A stretch of DNA of 64,000 nucleotides from NCBI GenBank assembly GCA_964188305.1, contig OZ076885.1; one strand, 5' to 3'. Below the pieces are notes generated by a model. The model was not told the DNA's origin. It searched no databases and saw only the letters and a list, made by a program, of their open reading frames with translations. Of the stretch, positions 44,301 to 57,200 are shown one piece after another. The position numbers were made by a program, and so were the translations under genes. Origin of the DNA: Podarcis bocagei (lineage: Eukaryota). The number at the start of each line of letters is the position of its first letter. Positions within the stretch are counted from its first letter, which is position 1.

Positions 44301-45138
44301 AGGCACTTTCTGTTTCTTCTTGTTTCATGATAGAACTGTGTTCATGTCCTACCTCTTGAGAACAATGATTAACCTTTCTAGTGATCTCATATATGCGGTT
44401 ATTTATTGACCAGTGGTGTGCCTCCTTTGGTGGTGACTCTAATCAGGAGTCCATTAATGTTTTAGTGAACATCTAAAATTCCAAAGCTGTTGTCTTTCTC
44501 AAGCTAAGAATGACATTTCTTCGTGGAGAAGGTCCAAAAGTACTAGGAACTGAATTCTTCTCAAACTCCAGAACTCTTTGGCTGCTTTTTCAACATGCGC
44601 CACTCAAGGACAACCTGTCTATTGTTGAATCTGCCCTCTCACAGTTCTGCTTGCAGCACTGTGAAGAATCCTCATGTGTGTCTCTGTTGTTGGTTTGATA
44701 GGCCAGTGGGGGAAGGAATATTTGGGCACCCTTCCAGTGCAACACCTTGCTGTGCAAGCTGTTTGGCTATATGCCAACTCTGCCAATGGAGCGCAGGAAA
44801 TGGGAGCCTTTAGAATCAATGCGTCAGGCAGGGGGTTGGTGTAATCTGTTGCATTTCCCTGCCGTTTTGGCTTGTATGCTACAAACAGAAAGCAACCAGG
44901 CCGTATTTGCACAGGAGGGGGAAATGGATGGAGTACAGCCAGTGGTGTTCCCCTAGCCAGCCCCCTCTCACCTTTGATATGAGGAAAGGTTCTTCTGGAC
45001 AAGACATCTGTGGCAATATATAAAGGAGCAGCTTTGGGAGATGATATTGAAGATTGCTATGTATTTGCTTGCTTGATCTGTGAATCCCTGTGCTCTTCCT
45101 TCTGGGGTTTTTAGGAGAGCAGTTAAAGCTTGGAAAAC

Positions 45139-45271
45139 ATGGAGCAATATCCAGATCTACAGGAAGACCTGAGTTTGGAGGATACCAATGAATCCCTTAA
45201 TCAGCTCAAATTGGCCTCTCTAGATGATAAGAACTGGCCACCAGATGAAGTGCCTGTTTTTCCTAAGTCAG
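45139..45271 (+). CDS. ARHGAP1: ARHGAP1 first coding exon
   Basis: [44 protein letters not shown]; acceptor ends 45114, upstream in-frame TAA, donor gtgagt. Confidence 0.95.
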
Positions 45272-48200
45272 GTGAGTACTTTTACTAGCAATGAAGTGAC
45301 TAGAAAGGAATCTATATGCTGCAGCACTAATCTTAAAATATACCTTTAATAGCTTTTTATTTATTAGATTTATTTATATCCAGACTTTCAGGATAGGCAG
45401 CATCCAAATGATATCAAAATAATTAATAACATAATAAATAAGTGGAAAAATAACAAGATTCAGGGTTCAGTAGGTTCTTTTTGTGTTATATTCTTGCATG
45501 ATAGTTGTATACAGTATAGCCCTGTGGGGGCAAGGGTAGTCTAGTGGAGCACTCTCTGAGGTCTTTGCCTGTCTGCGTCTCTTTCCTCTTTAAGATGCTG
45601 CAGAAGTACTAGTTAGCCCCTGTATCTAAACTGGGATGTAGATCTTATCTAAATGGGGTGGTGAGAGCATGGAATGCTACAGACCTTATATGCCAGAGAA
45701 GTATCTGTCTCTCTGTGCAGTGTAAATAGTTTATTCTAGTGGATGAATGTGGAATTCTGTAGTGGAGAATTTTAGATCATTGATTACTTTCCACTTATAG
45801 TGTGTTTATACATTTGAGGCAAATATTGACAAATAAGCTAGCACAATTGGTCTGAATGCATGCAATGTTTTGTATTGAACATAAAATGAACAATTGCACA
45901 AAACTAATGCTATTCATCACAGTTCCTTCTGGTTCCGTGATATACCTGATCCCTTCTCTGTGTTTTTGTATCTTCGTATAGCTGTTCTGGTTTTTATGTT
46001 CTCTGCATTTTCCTCTCACCCCATCCCCTTTATTTTAAAATGTAGATGACTCCAAGGGCTCCCCTGACCCTGTCACTCACTTACGATGGGATGACCCATA
46101 CTACGACATTGCTAGACACCAGATTGTGGAAGTGGCAGGTAATGGGTTCTTTTCATTTCTTTGTCTTCTACTTCAGAAAGCATTTTGATACGGCATAATG
46201 ACTTGGGATATAGGGTCTATTTTATTGTTTTGCTGTTTTGTTTTATTTATGTTCATGTTTTTATCCTGTATTTTATTCTGTAAACTGCCCTGAGATCGTA
46301 TGATGAAGGGCAGTATATAAATCTAATAAAAAAGTAAAAATAAAAATAAAATAAAATAAAAAATAAAATAAAATAAACAAGCCCAGCAGTGGCCCAACAA
46401 TAGGTTGGATCCCAAGTTGTCTTTTAGTGAATGATAGGATTCCTTCTGTTTGTAGAAGGAGCCAAGATCCAGCAGAGGCTCCTGCTGGAGGAAGCAAGCA
46501 GGGAGGAAGCTGTTTTTGCCTGTTCCCCTTGCAGGTCACGGCACAACTGTCCATGCTGTCCTGGAAGATTCTTTGACTCGTAGGTGCAGTTCTGCCCATG
46601 GGTAGTCTGGATCCAGCCAAATAGCTTGATTCACATAGTGGTCATCGTCGTTGTGAAAATAGCAATTGTACAGAGGAAGAGAACTTTGAGAACCATGGGC
46701 CCATTAGAGTTATTTGATAGTCACTTGAAGCAGCAATCTGACCCCAGACTTACAAACTACGTTATGAACTCCTCAGTCAGATGTTGCATTGGCTGATAGT
46801 ACCATGAGTTACTGAGATTTTGTTGGCTGGGGTCTGGAGAAGGGCCTTTTCTATTGTAGCATCTGCTCAATGGGATGCACTCCAGGGTGGATGGGTTCCA
46901 AAACTGGGATGTTTCCTGGAAATGACTGGCAGAATCCGAGACCAGGGAGAAGAGGTGGTGGAAGAAGACTGGAGGAAATTTAAAATTTATCTGCAGAAAT
47001 ATTGTAAAATTTTTGAATGCTGATGACATTGAAATGAATTGCAGGGGCTCTAGGAACAAGGTAAAATGTAAGATTGGATCAATAACAGATAAATTATCAG
47101 GATATGAACTTGCTGAACTAATTTTTAAAAGGGATACAAGAACGGGAGACGTGAGGAAGTCAGGAAAATAAGTTAATTTAAGATGAGAAATTAAGAAAGA
47201 GGGAATTTTTTTTCTATATGTGTTTTTTCTTTTTTCTTTTTCGGTGTTTAATGTCTGTATTTTTGTATTTTGTAATTTGTATTTTGTGACTTTGTATTTT
47301 CTCTGTCTTTGTATTTTTTCTGAATTTTTCTATTGTTAAAATTTAATAAAATACTTATAAAAAATAATTAAAAAAAACTGGGATGTTTCCACCAACTGTT
47401 GAAGAACTGTCTCTTTCCCCTGGCATTTCCTGACAATCACCAGTTTGTTGCTCCAGTTACTGTGGTTATTGCAATAATGTTTTTACTTGATTTTAATTGT
47501 TTGTTTTACTTGATTTTAATGGATTTTGTGTATTGCGAACTTCATCAATATTTTTGCTAATGAAAAGTATCACATAAGCTTTGAGAATACATTCTGATAA
47601 ATAGTTACTATAGCATACTGGACTTAGAAGAGTTCAAATTCATGGTCTGCCATGAAGTCTACTAGATGACCTTGGGTCATTCATTGGCTTGTATCCGACT
47701 GAGTCATACTCAGAATAATTTAATTCCATTGATTGCAGTGTGTCCACTGTCAGTATGACATAATCAGATAGAACCCATTATCCCTCATCCTGGCCTACCA
47801 CATAGAGTTGTTATGAGAATAAATAGCAGGAAGGGAGGACCACGAACACGTACTGTACCTCACATTGAGTTCTTTGGAGAGAAGAAGGTGGGAGAAAAAT
47901 AGTACGTGCAAAACTGAAAACTCATTCTCCCGAAGAAAAACTGTTTTAACTTGTTTGCAGGCTAGAAGAGACTCTGCATGTGTGCCTCTAATTTTCCTGA
48001 GCCATGGCAAATCCCTCAACTGTCTAAACAAATCAGTCAACTTTAGGTGACTGCCAAGTCACACTTGAGTCCAGGGCATCAGTGGGCAACCTGTGAACTT
48101 CCCTATGTTGCTGGACTCCAGCCCCAACCAGAATTGCCAATGGTGATGGAATATGAGAAATGTAGTCCAGTATCACCTGGAATGCCACAGGTTCTCCACT

Positions 48201-51200
48201 TCTCCTGTGGAGCATCCTGGAGTGTGGAATTGTGCCACAGCTGCAAGGAAAGAGTTAAATCTTAATTATTTTTTTAAAAAACTTATTGATAAATGCAATA
48301 CTTACAAACACAAAACAGAACGCTAAACAAACTTATTATACATAGATACACACACCTCTCAATTTAAATTACAAAAAAGAAAACAAACAAACAAAACATA
48401 CAAACAAATCTTGACTTCCCTCCACCTATGTGTGGCTTCCTTTATTTCTTTTCTTCTTTTCGCTGTGCTATCACTATTATTTTTGACTATCTCATCTTAT
48501 ACCCATTTCTTCTTAATTTTTTACTCTATAAGTTTCATTCATTGCATATTGATATATTAATACCAGAACAATGTTTTTTGATGTATTCCTTCACGCAAGT
48601 CCACTCCTCTATCAGTTTTTGGTCTGATTGGCCTCTTACCACTGCTGTAAGTCTTGCTGAATCTATATATTCACAAAATCTTATTTGCCATTCTCTTATT
48701 GAGGGAGTTTTTTCTCCCTTCCATTTTTTTGCTATAATCATTCTGGCCACAGCGGTTGCATATAAGAAAACTTTTTTCCTAGTGGCAGGAATGTCAGTCG
48801 ATATAATTCCCAAGAGGAACGCCTCTGGGGTTTTTTTTACATGATATTTTAAGCATTTTTTAAAGTTCCTCTTGAATGTCACTCCAAATTTTTTAATATA
48901 CACACACTCCCACCACATATGATACATGGTTCCTATCTCTGTTTTATATCTCCAGCACAAATTAGATTTTGATTTATAAATTTTCGCCAATTTGACCGCG
49001 GTTAAATACCATTGATATCATTTTCATTATATTTTCTCTGATTGTGACACAGGCTGTGAATTTGATATCATATTTCCATAATTTCTCCCATTGATCTAAA
49101 CAAATCATGTGGCCTATATCTGTGGCCCACTTAATCATAACTTCCTTCACCTCTTCATCTTTTAATTCCTATTCTAATAATAGATTATACATTTTAGATA
49201 ATATCTTTTTAGGATTTTTTAATAACTCTGTGTGTAGTTTTGATTCTTCTTTGCCAAATCCGATAATCTTATCCTGCCTGAATAGGTGATCAATTTGATA
49301 ATATTGTAGCCATGTATTACAATATTGGCCAAGTTCTTCATAAGATCTTAACCTTAATTGGCCTTGATCTTCTTTTACTAATTTCTGATATGTGACCCAT
49401 TTGCCTTCTGTATTTTTCTTTTTTCTTTTTTCCTTACATTTCACTAACATTCCTGGGTTGTCCTGTATGGCTGCTTCACTTACATTGTCTGCAGTTCAGT
49501 TACTGATTTTAGCAAACTTGGTTTCCTGCAAAGAGGAAATTTGCTGTGTAAATGATTGCTGGCAGATTGCTGGCAGTGCTGTTCAGAAACTGGAGGCAGG
49601 AATAAATGCTGGGAGTTTATTTATCACCAGCTTTTGCTATTGGCCATTATGCCAGGTATTGCAACAGTACATCCTCTTGGCTATACAGACCATTATTCCT
49701 TATGCACATTGATAGCTACTGCCAACCAGTGCAATATAGAAGTGAAGACTGGTTAATTTATAGCAAGCAATTGATCGTTAGAAAAGGGAAGAAATTGAAA
49801 TGGCAAATGATCTGGAAGAAGTAGGAGCTGTGCTTAGCTTTTACTTACGCTTTTACTTACATTTTACTAACATCTGCGTGGAGTTCATCTCCTCCCTTCT
49901 TGGTAGCAATGTTTGTTTTGGGCTCTAAAATTACTGAATTCTCTGGAGTTTCTCTCCTCCAGACATTCTGGCTGCTCAGGATAGTTCAAGGAATGGTTAT
50001 TTCCTCTGAGACAAAACACATCTTAACAGTTTTTGAATTTAGCTTTGATTTTCAGTGTGTGACCTGAGAAGTCCTCAGGATGGGATAGTTCTCTCCTCCC
50101 ATAGCAGATACATTGAGGATATCTTTCTATTCCCTGGGATGGTGAATTGACATTAAACAATTTAATCAAACAAAGATCTGCAGTGTTAAGTGACTGGATG
50201 AGTTCAAACAAGATATTTTCTGATACGCATTGTATTCAAATGTATAATAATAGCTCTATTGCTGACATTCCAGGATTTCAGCCAATTGAATGAGCTTCAC
50301 TAACATCATGCCCAAGTCTGGCAGTATTGCACATTCATATACTTTGATAAATAAAGAATTCCCTAACAACTGACATATCCTTTTCCACTATTGATAACAT
50401 TAGTTATTTCTTTGTTCGTATAGATGTATTTTGAAGTGCTTTCCCCTGTAGGACTATGTATTACTGAAGATTCATTTCACTTAATATTTTTTTAACTGGC
50501 AACCACATGCCTTAGATTCCTCTAACATCTATCACCCAGAGCGCTAGCACTATGTTGGCTTCTGACATACTGAATGATGGAAAAAAACTCTTCACTGTGG
50601 GCTCCCTTAGCTCTCAACATGGTTCTGTGAATTTTCAGTGTCAATAAGGCTTGTGGGTGGAGTTGCAGTGTGAGCGAAGAGCAAGCTGGAATTTAACTAA
50701 TAGCTACATTTCTTTAAAATGTGTATTGCGTAGATGCATTTCTAGCACCACTAGTATATTCAATATTTAGAGAATCATCTCAGAAAGTAAAAGCTTTGAA
50801 TACACAGAAATGTGTAGGCTCTTTATTACTATACTTACAATAGAGGCACATTGGCAAGGGTTGTGTGGGATTGTATATCCTGCCATAGCCTCCATTTACT
50901 GAAATTCCCTGTTCAGAGTTCTTGTCCTAATTAAGAAAGGTTAATTTGTCCACCTTATGCCAAAAAAAGCACAACTAAACAAAATGACTGCAAAGAAATA
51001 GTTTGACTAGATGCTGTATCTGTTAGCAGCTATCAATGTCTTGAAGGCATTTCAAGGCTGATTTTGTTTCTTCTATCTCCAGGTGACAACCTGAACCACT
51101 GCTTCTACTGACTGATAGCTTGCACAATGGAAGCAGGAGGCTCTTTTTAATCCTCTAACCTGTGCCCTTTCAGATGTTGTTGGCCTCCTGCCCCAGCCAA

Positions 51201-54200
51201 CAATGCCTGTGGTCACAAATGATGGGAGCTGTAGTTGTAGCTAAATATTAGGCTAGTCTAGGTAGATATGCAACTTCCTTGTTGAACTAGGGATGGTTGT
51301 CTGATGCAGAGACGCAACCTCAACTTTGGGGAAATGTGGTCATTTCTGATACCAGGCAGTGTTGTAACTTTGGTTTCAAAGACAATGGAAATGCCATGTC
51401 CTTATCCCAAGTGATCATCCAGATTACATGCCACAGGCTATTCTGAATTTAACCTTTGAGACGCCTATCTTTTATTACTGTGGGCTTGGGGCCCTTGATA
51501 TGCCTTGACAATTTTGGGGTTCTCTGGAGTCTAGAAGTATGAAAGTTGCTGGAATAGCTTGTGATGGGGAGCATTGATTAGTAAATCTTTTGGTTTCCTT
51601 TCTTTGTTTGATTCTGCTTTAGGCTGAATTATTGGAAATGATTGTTAATACTTTTGAATTCAGTTACTTCAGTGTCTGATGAGCAATTATCATGCTGTAC
51701 TCCAGTGATTGATTTGGGGAAAGCCTCTTAAGGCTATCTTTCTGTGTTCTTGCAGCAGCATTTTTAAAACTGGGAGACTGCCATTGAGCATGCGTCTATG
51801 TGTTGTAGTGGGACTTTGGGACACACTAGGTAAAGGATAGGGAACCTGTGGCCCTCTAAATGTTGTTGGTCTACATCACCCATCAGTCCTGGCCAGCATG
51901 GCCAATGGTCAGGGATGATTAGAGTTGTAGTCCCAACAACATCTGAAAGACCCAGGTTCAGCATTGTTGCTCTAGGATCTGGCCTAGGGCTGTCCTTTTG
52001 CAGTGTACATCCTTTTGCCTCAAATGGAGCATGCTTACTTTCCTGTAATCTACAGGAACTCCTCTTCCTGCTTCTGCCTGTGTATGTTTGCTGGCTTTTC
52101 AGAGGTATTGACCAAGTAATGAGGGATTTGATTTCCTGAATTATTGTTTTGTTTTTTTTAGTTCTGCCAAGCAAGAAGCAGTCCTTGATCCCAGAAGTGT
52201 TAGGAACTGAAGTTACTTCTTAAACTCCCCTGTGACTGGCTACTCTTGGGTCTCAAAACTTGTGTGAAAGAGGAGTGGAGCAGGTGGTGGATCTGAGTTC
52301 TTAAATCCTAGAGCATTCTGTTTTCTGTATATCAGGACCAATATTAAGGACCTTGAAATGGACATGGGAGCATTCAGTTTTGTAACTGAAAATGGGTTCA
52401 CTGACTTTTCAGTATTAGCAATATCCTGTTGTTTAAATGTCTGGTAGTATGAAAAAGCTACTGTTTACCTTTTCATGCATACCTTGTATGGGAAACCTGA
52501 CATATAAAAAAGCAATAGTTCATCCAGATTGTAGCAGAGTCTAGAAAGGGAGGAGGGGGAAAAATCAACTTCTAGATTTATCTAGTTAACAACTAGGTAA
52601 TAATGTTTTTGAGCTCGTTGTAGTTTTGAGTGTATGCAACTCTGTGTGTGTGTGTGTGTGTGCGCGTGTGTGTGTGTGTGTGTGTGTGTGTGTTGGAACT
52701 TTTCTGTCCAGCCCTTTCAGCTCGGTCCTTAAGATTATTCTGGTTAAAGGACTTCGGTTATTATGGTATAATGTAACTTTGTTTCTGTTCCTCCAGGGCA
52801 GGGTGCACTTCATGGGGTCCAGCCAGGTAGGTGGAATACCTGGTGTCATTGGCATTTAAAGAATGTGGCATTCTTTAGCATGACTGTGGCCTGTGGCTGG
52901 GTTATCTCAGGGGAGCCCAAATTCTGCAAAGCTGAGGGTGGCATCCCAGAACCTCAAAGTTGCACTTGATGTGCATTATGTCAAGTAGATTGCAGCCATG
53001 CTTCTCTAAGCTGGTGGTATAGACATCTTGGTAGCTTTCCAAACTGGACATGTGGCTTGGAATTTCCCTGGCAGAGCTCTTTGTGGACTTCAGCTTGCGG
53101 TCTTCACTTTGGGTGCCGCAGTTCTCATTTGATGCTTCAGCCTGCCTTCTTTTTTTCTTGGATGGTGATGGGTGTACTATCCATCAGGACATGTCTCCCA
53201 GGCAGTCATTACTGCTAACTTTCCCAATCAGAAATCTTTTGCGGGTGATTTCTTCTGCAGCTAAGAGTTTGCAGGATATTGCATGACAGTGATGTGTGAT
53301 TTATGTTATTTGGAATCTATGCAGGATGGAGCTGTTGTTGCTTTATTCCCACTATGGCATCATCCAGACACAAATCTTTGGCAGAACTTGGCCTTCTTTA
53401 TCCCCTGTGACCCAGCAGTAGGCTGAACCCATTGTTTGCTGAACAGCCTATGCAAGTACATTTGCCTGCCATTCTCTGTTTATTCCGTAGTAGGTCTTCC
53501 ATTCTTCATCATCTCTTCTTGCAAGTGGTCACTGGCCTGCTGTATCTGCAGATCATGTCTCTGATTCTATGCTAATCATTTCTCCACCAATTTTGATGCA
53601 AGTAAATGGTTACTTTGAAACACTGACTAGTGTCAGTTCTCCACTGTGCTATTTTTCTAGAAGAAGAGGTGCCAGAACTCATGAACACCTCCCTCGTTCT
53701 CTTATAATGGCAACCTGAGAGGTGCTAGAACTGAGTTGTGGCTGAAAAATGCCCCAGTTCTCCATCTCTAAATGTAGCCATTGACTTTTGGCTTCCTCAG
53801 GCATCTCTGCATATATCTAGAAGCTCCATGAAGGTCACTTTGATCACAGAAATGGTGTAGGGGAAGCACCTTGAACTGCCACAAACCCTGAAAATTGTCA
53901 GCCTTGTTTATGATGACAAGACTGTTTCCGCTTTTGTATTTTTTATAATGCTTTTGTACCTTCAGAAATATAAATACCCTAGACAAAGAGGTGCTAGCTC
54001 TTAACTATACCACGATTGCTTTAATTTCTTTGCCTGCGTTATGTCTCAAGCCATTTCCCCGATCACTTTAAGGGCTGTGTCATCAACTTGATAGTGCAGG
54101 AAAAGGAGCAGCTTCCTGTTTAATCAAGAGCTGTGACAACTCACTGTGTTATTTGCAACATGCAGTTCTCCACATTCTGCATTCTGAGAACTTCTCTGAG

Positions 54201-57200
54201 GCTTTTTAAACAATCTGTTGTTTCCTTACTCACTTAGGTTAATTTAGATGTATTTTCCCCCGCTACATGGAAAGAATCCCTGCTATGGGAAGTGCAGTTG
54301 TTAACCAGAGTATTCTCAGAGGAATAAAAGAACTGCTGCATGTCCAACAATGTGACGTGGACATGTTTTCCTAGATGGGGAGAATGTCAGTGTGTATGTG
54401 TGTGTCTGTGTGAATTATAAAATGGTGCTGTGTTATAACTTAGGGTATTTTACACTTTTTATTACAATAGCAGAACATTTCTAATTAAATGGGCTGTCAT
54501 GTGCAGATGAGTACTGTAATTCCACACCTGAGGCATTAATCAGGTCATTAAAAAATAGCTTTTCTCATTTGATTTGCATAGAAACTTGACACATGGGTTA
54601 TTGTTTCATAGAGTTCCTGAAGTTTATCACACTTTGGACTTGTTGCTCAAATTTCAAATGGCCTGGGCATTTTTCTAGATAATGGAATGAAACATGGAAG
54701 TGCTTTAGTTTATTTGAAGATAGTCTTGTAGAAGTTGTTGTTATTGTTAGCTTTGCAGCTGTACCTGGTAACAACAGGGCCACACACCACAACTGTGCAA
54801 TGGAATTTCTAATGCATACAATATTTTTATGGTTCAACCCCAGCAGGGGCTTTATTTCAGATTTAAGCAGGAGCTTTTATGATAATTACAGCAAACCCGT
54901 TTGGGACAAAGGCAGTTGAATAATTGCTTACTGTTGGGTGCATGCTGAATGCTCCCTGCATGGACTGATGGGACTCTATCTGGTTGTGTCATACAAGAAT
55001 AGTGTTAGGGTGCATATCTGCATTTAATGGAATGTTATGCTACCTTGACTAGAGCTTGGTCTAGAAGTAGAAGCCTATAGAAATAAGCCTTGCTTAGTCT
55101 ATGAAAAACAAATAGAACAATCAGGAGATGAGCTAGAAAGAATCAGTGACTATTAAAAGGCTTCATCACCTGATTTGAGATTTCATATGGGATGCTTACT
55201 TCAGGTAACCAGAAGCTTGTGGGGCAAGTGTAACCATAAACTGGCTTTTAATTGTCCGGGTCCTGAGGAGCTAGGTTTGACCTGAAGTTGTAGTCTTTTC
55301 CAACTTTAAGACCTTGAAGTGGAACCATAGTTATATGTGTTCCTTTCTCTTGACACTTACAGCTGGCAATTTGAAGATCCATCCTAAATACCCCATCTGC
55401 CTGATGTTGTTTTCTGACCCACCAGTTGGAAAATGCTGCTCTAAAGCAGTAGATGTCAATATAGTTTGATCTTGCATTGTGTTCTATTTATACACTGCCA
55501 AGTTTTAAAAATCAATTTCTCAATAACATCTGCACAGGACTAATTATCATAAAATGTTGCATTGGTGAAAGTGACTACTATAATTCCACACCTGAGTTAT
55601 TAATCTATTCAGGTTCTTTTCCCATTTCCCATTACAGAAATTCATTTGTCTGAAACTACCTCTTTGTCAAAGGAAGATTCTCCATTTCTTAATAGAACAG
55701 CTGTGGTTTGCAGAGTCAACAGATACTACCATTCAGGTCTTGCCACTCAGACTTATTTGGGCAGGAGCATTTCTTCTTCCAACCTAATAGGGTTTCTTTT
55801 CATGATATATTGCACCATCATGCGTACCGGGAATTATTTTTGTTCTCATCAAAAAGGGGTGCAAGGCTGCAAAATATCTCATAGGAGCACCATTTTACTA
55901 CATTGGTCACAAGATTGTGACACCATTCAATATACTGCTAGGAGCATCTGCAATCTACTCCAGTGCATACACTGGATGTGCGTACACACAGTTTGTGGCC
56001 ATTGAATATATGGGAAGCTGTTTGGAAGTCCCTTGGTTAGGTACTCTATTTTTGGGCAACCGTGGGATAAACTGTTGGACATTGGTCTTGTGATCTGGCT
56101 GTAGTTTTGTACGGTCGTTCCAGATGACCTCTGCATTGCTCTTCTTTTTTTTCTGTCTCTGGTGGGTGCCATGTTGTCCTGCAATGTCTTCTACCTTCGC
56201 ATGCTTCACATGTGTTCATGTGATGGTATATCATCCTTGCATCCCCATGGCATTTACCTGGTGCTCCCCCTCTACCTTAAGCATGTCCTTGACTTCCCAT
56301 GCTGCAGCTGTTTGCATATTGAGGGGTGGAGTAAGTTTTATAGCTACATAATCTCTGTTTATGTGTTGAAGGAAGTCAAATGAGAAGAGGAAAATAGGCA
56401 GGATGAAGGGAAATCTCTTATTATGGTTAGGGTTTTAGGTGGGTAGAGTAGCATACTAGATACATAGCTTAATTGACTCTTTCTGTTCCTGTGATATGCA
56501 GGCTGTCATTCCTTTTGTGTGTATACAACATACTAGAGATTGCCACTCCTACTTTCTCTGTTCTGTGAAGCAAAACACTGAAAGATGTATCCATGACTTT
56601 TAGTTACTTCCCTCTCATGAAGGCATTTGATTTGTTTGGATCATGGGTTGTAGTTGGTATATTTAAAGCTTTTCTACCTTGCTTTTTAGTTTTTTTTAAA
56701 AAAAAAGCTACTAGAGCAGCTTACCCTAGAGATCAATAAAAACAAGACTGTCCCTGCTGACTTTCTTAAAAACACAGAGAAGGGGAGAGAGAAAGTGATA
56801 AGGAAGGAAGAGGAAAACATGTAAAGTCTGGCACCAGTTTGTAAAGTTACAAAGCTATTATGAAGACCAACTGGGATAGCAAGGGTCCAGGGAGAAGAAG
56901 AGCCAAAAGGAGCTGGTTCCTTAGAGTTTATGGAATGGTCCTGCTTATCTCCCTCATTTGTAACTTAATGGAATGGTTGCTGCTAAGTGACAATTGACGG
57001 TAGAGGGAAGACCAAAGGGTTGCCTTCTAAATTAGATAAATCTTTATCACCCATGAATGAGTTTCATTTGCCATCCAGTATGTGTACTGAACAGACTTCA
57101 TGCTTTTTGTTCTTTTGAATATGTAGAACTCACAGAATCCTGAGACCATCTTCCTTATTTTATTTTACTTTTAAAAAAACAAAACTCTATTCCCTTCTGA

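Noticed and set aside
55638-55736. 99-nt in-frame exon candidate in the ARHGAP1 intron
   Set aside because: Good acceptor but very poor donor (gtcttg) and no recognisable homology
55780-56240. Cys/His-rich short ORFs suggesting a transposon remnant
   Set aside because: Could not assign a family or any intact motif
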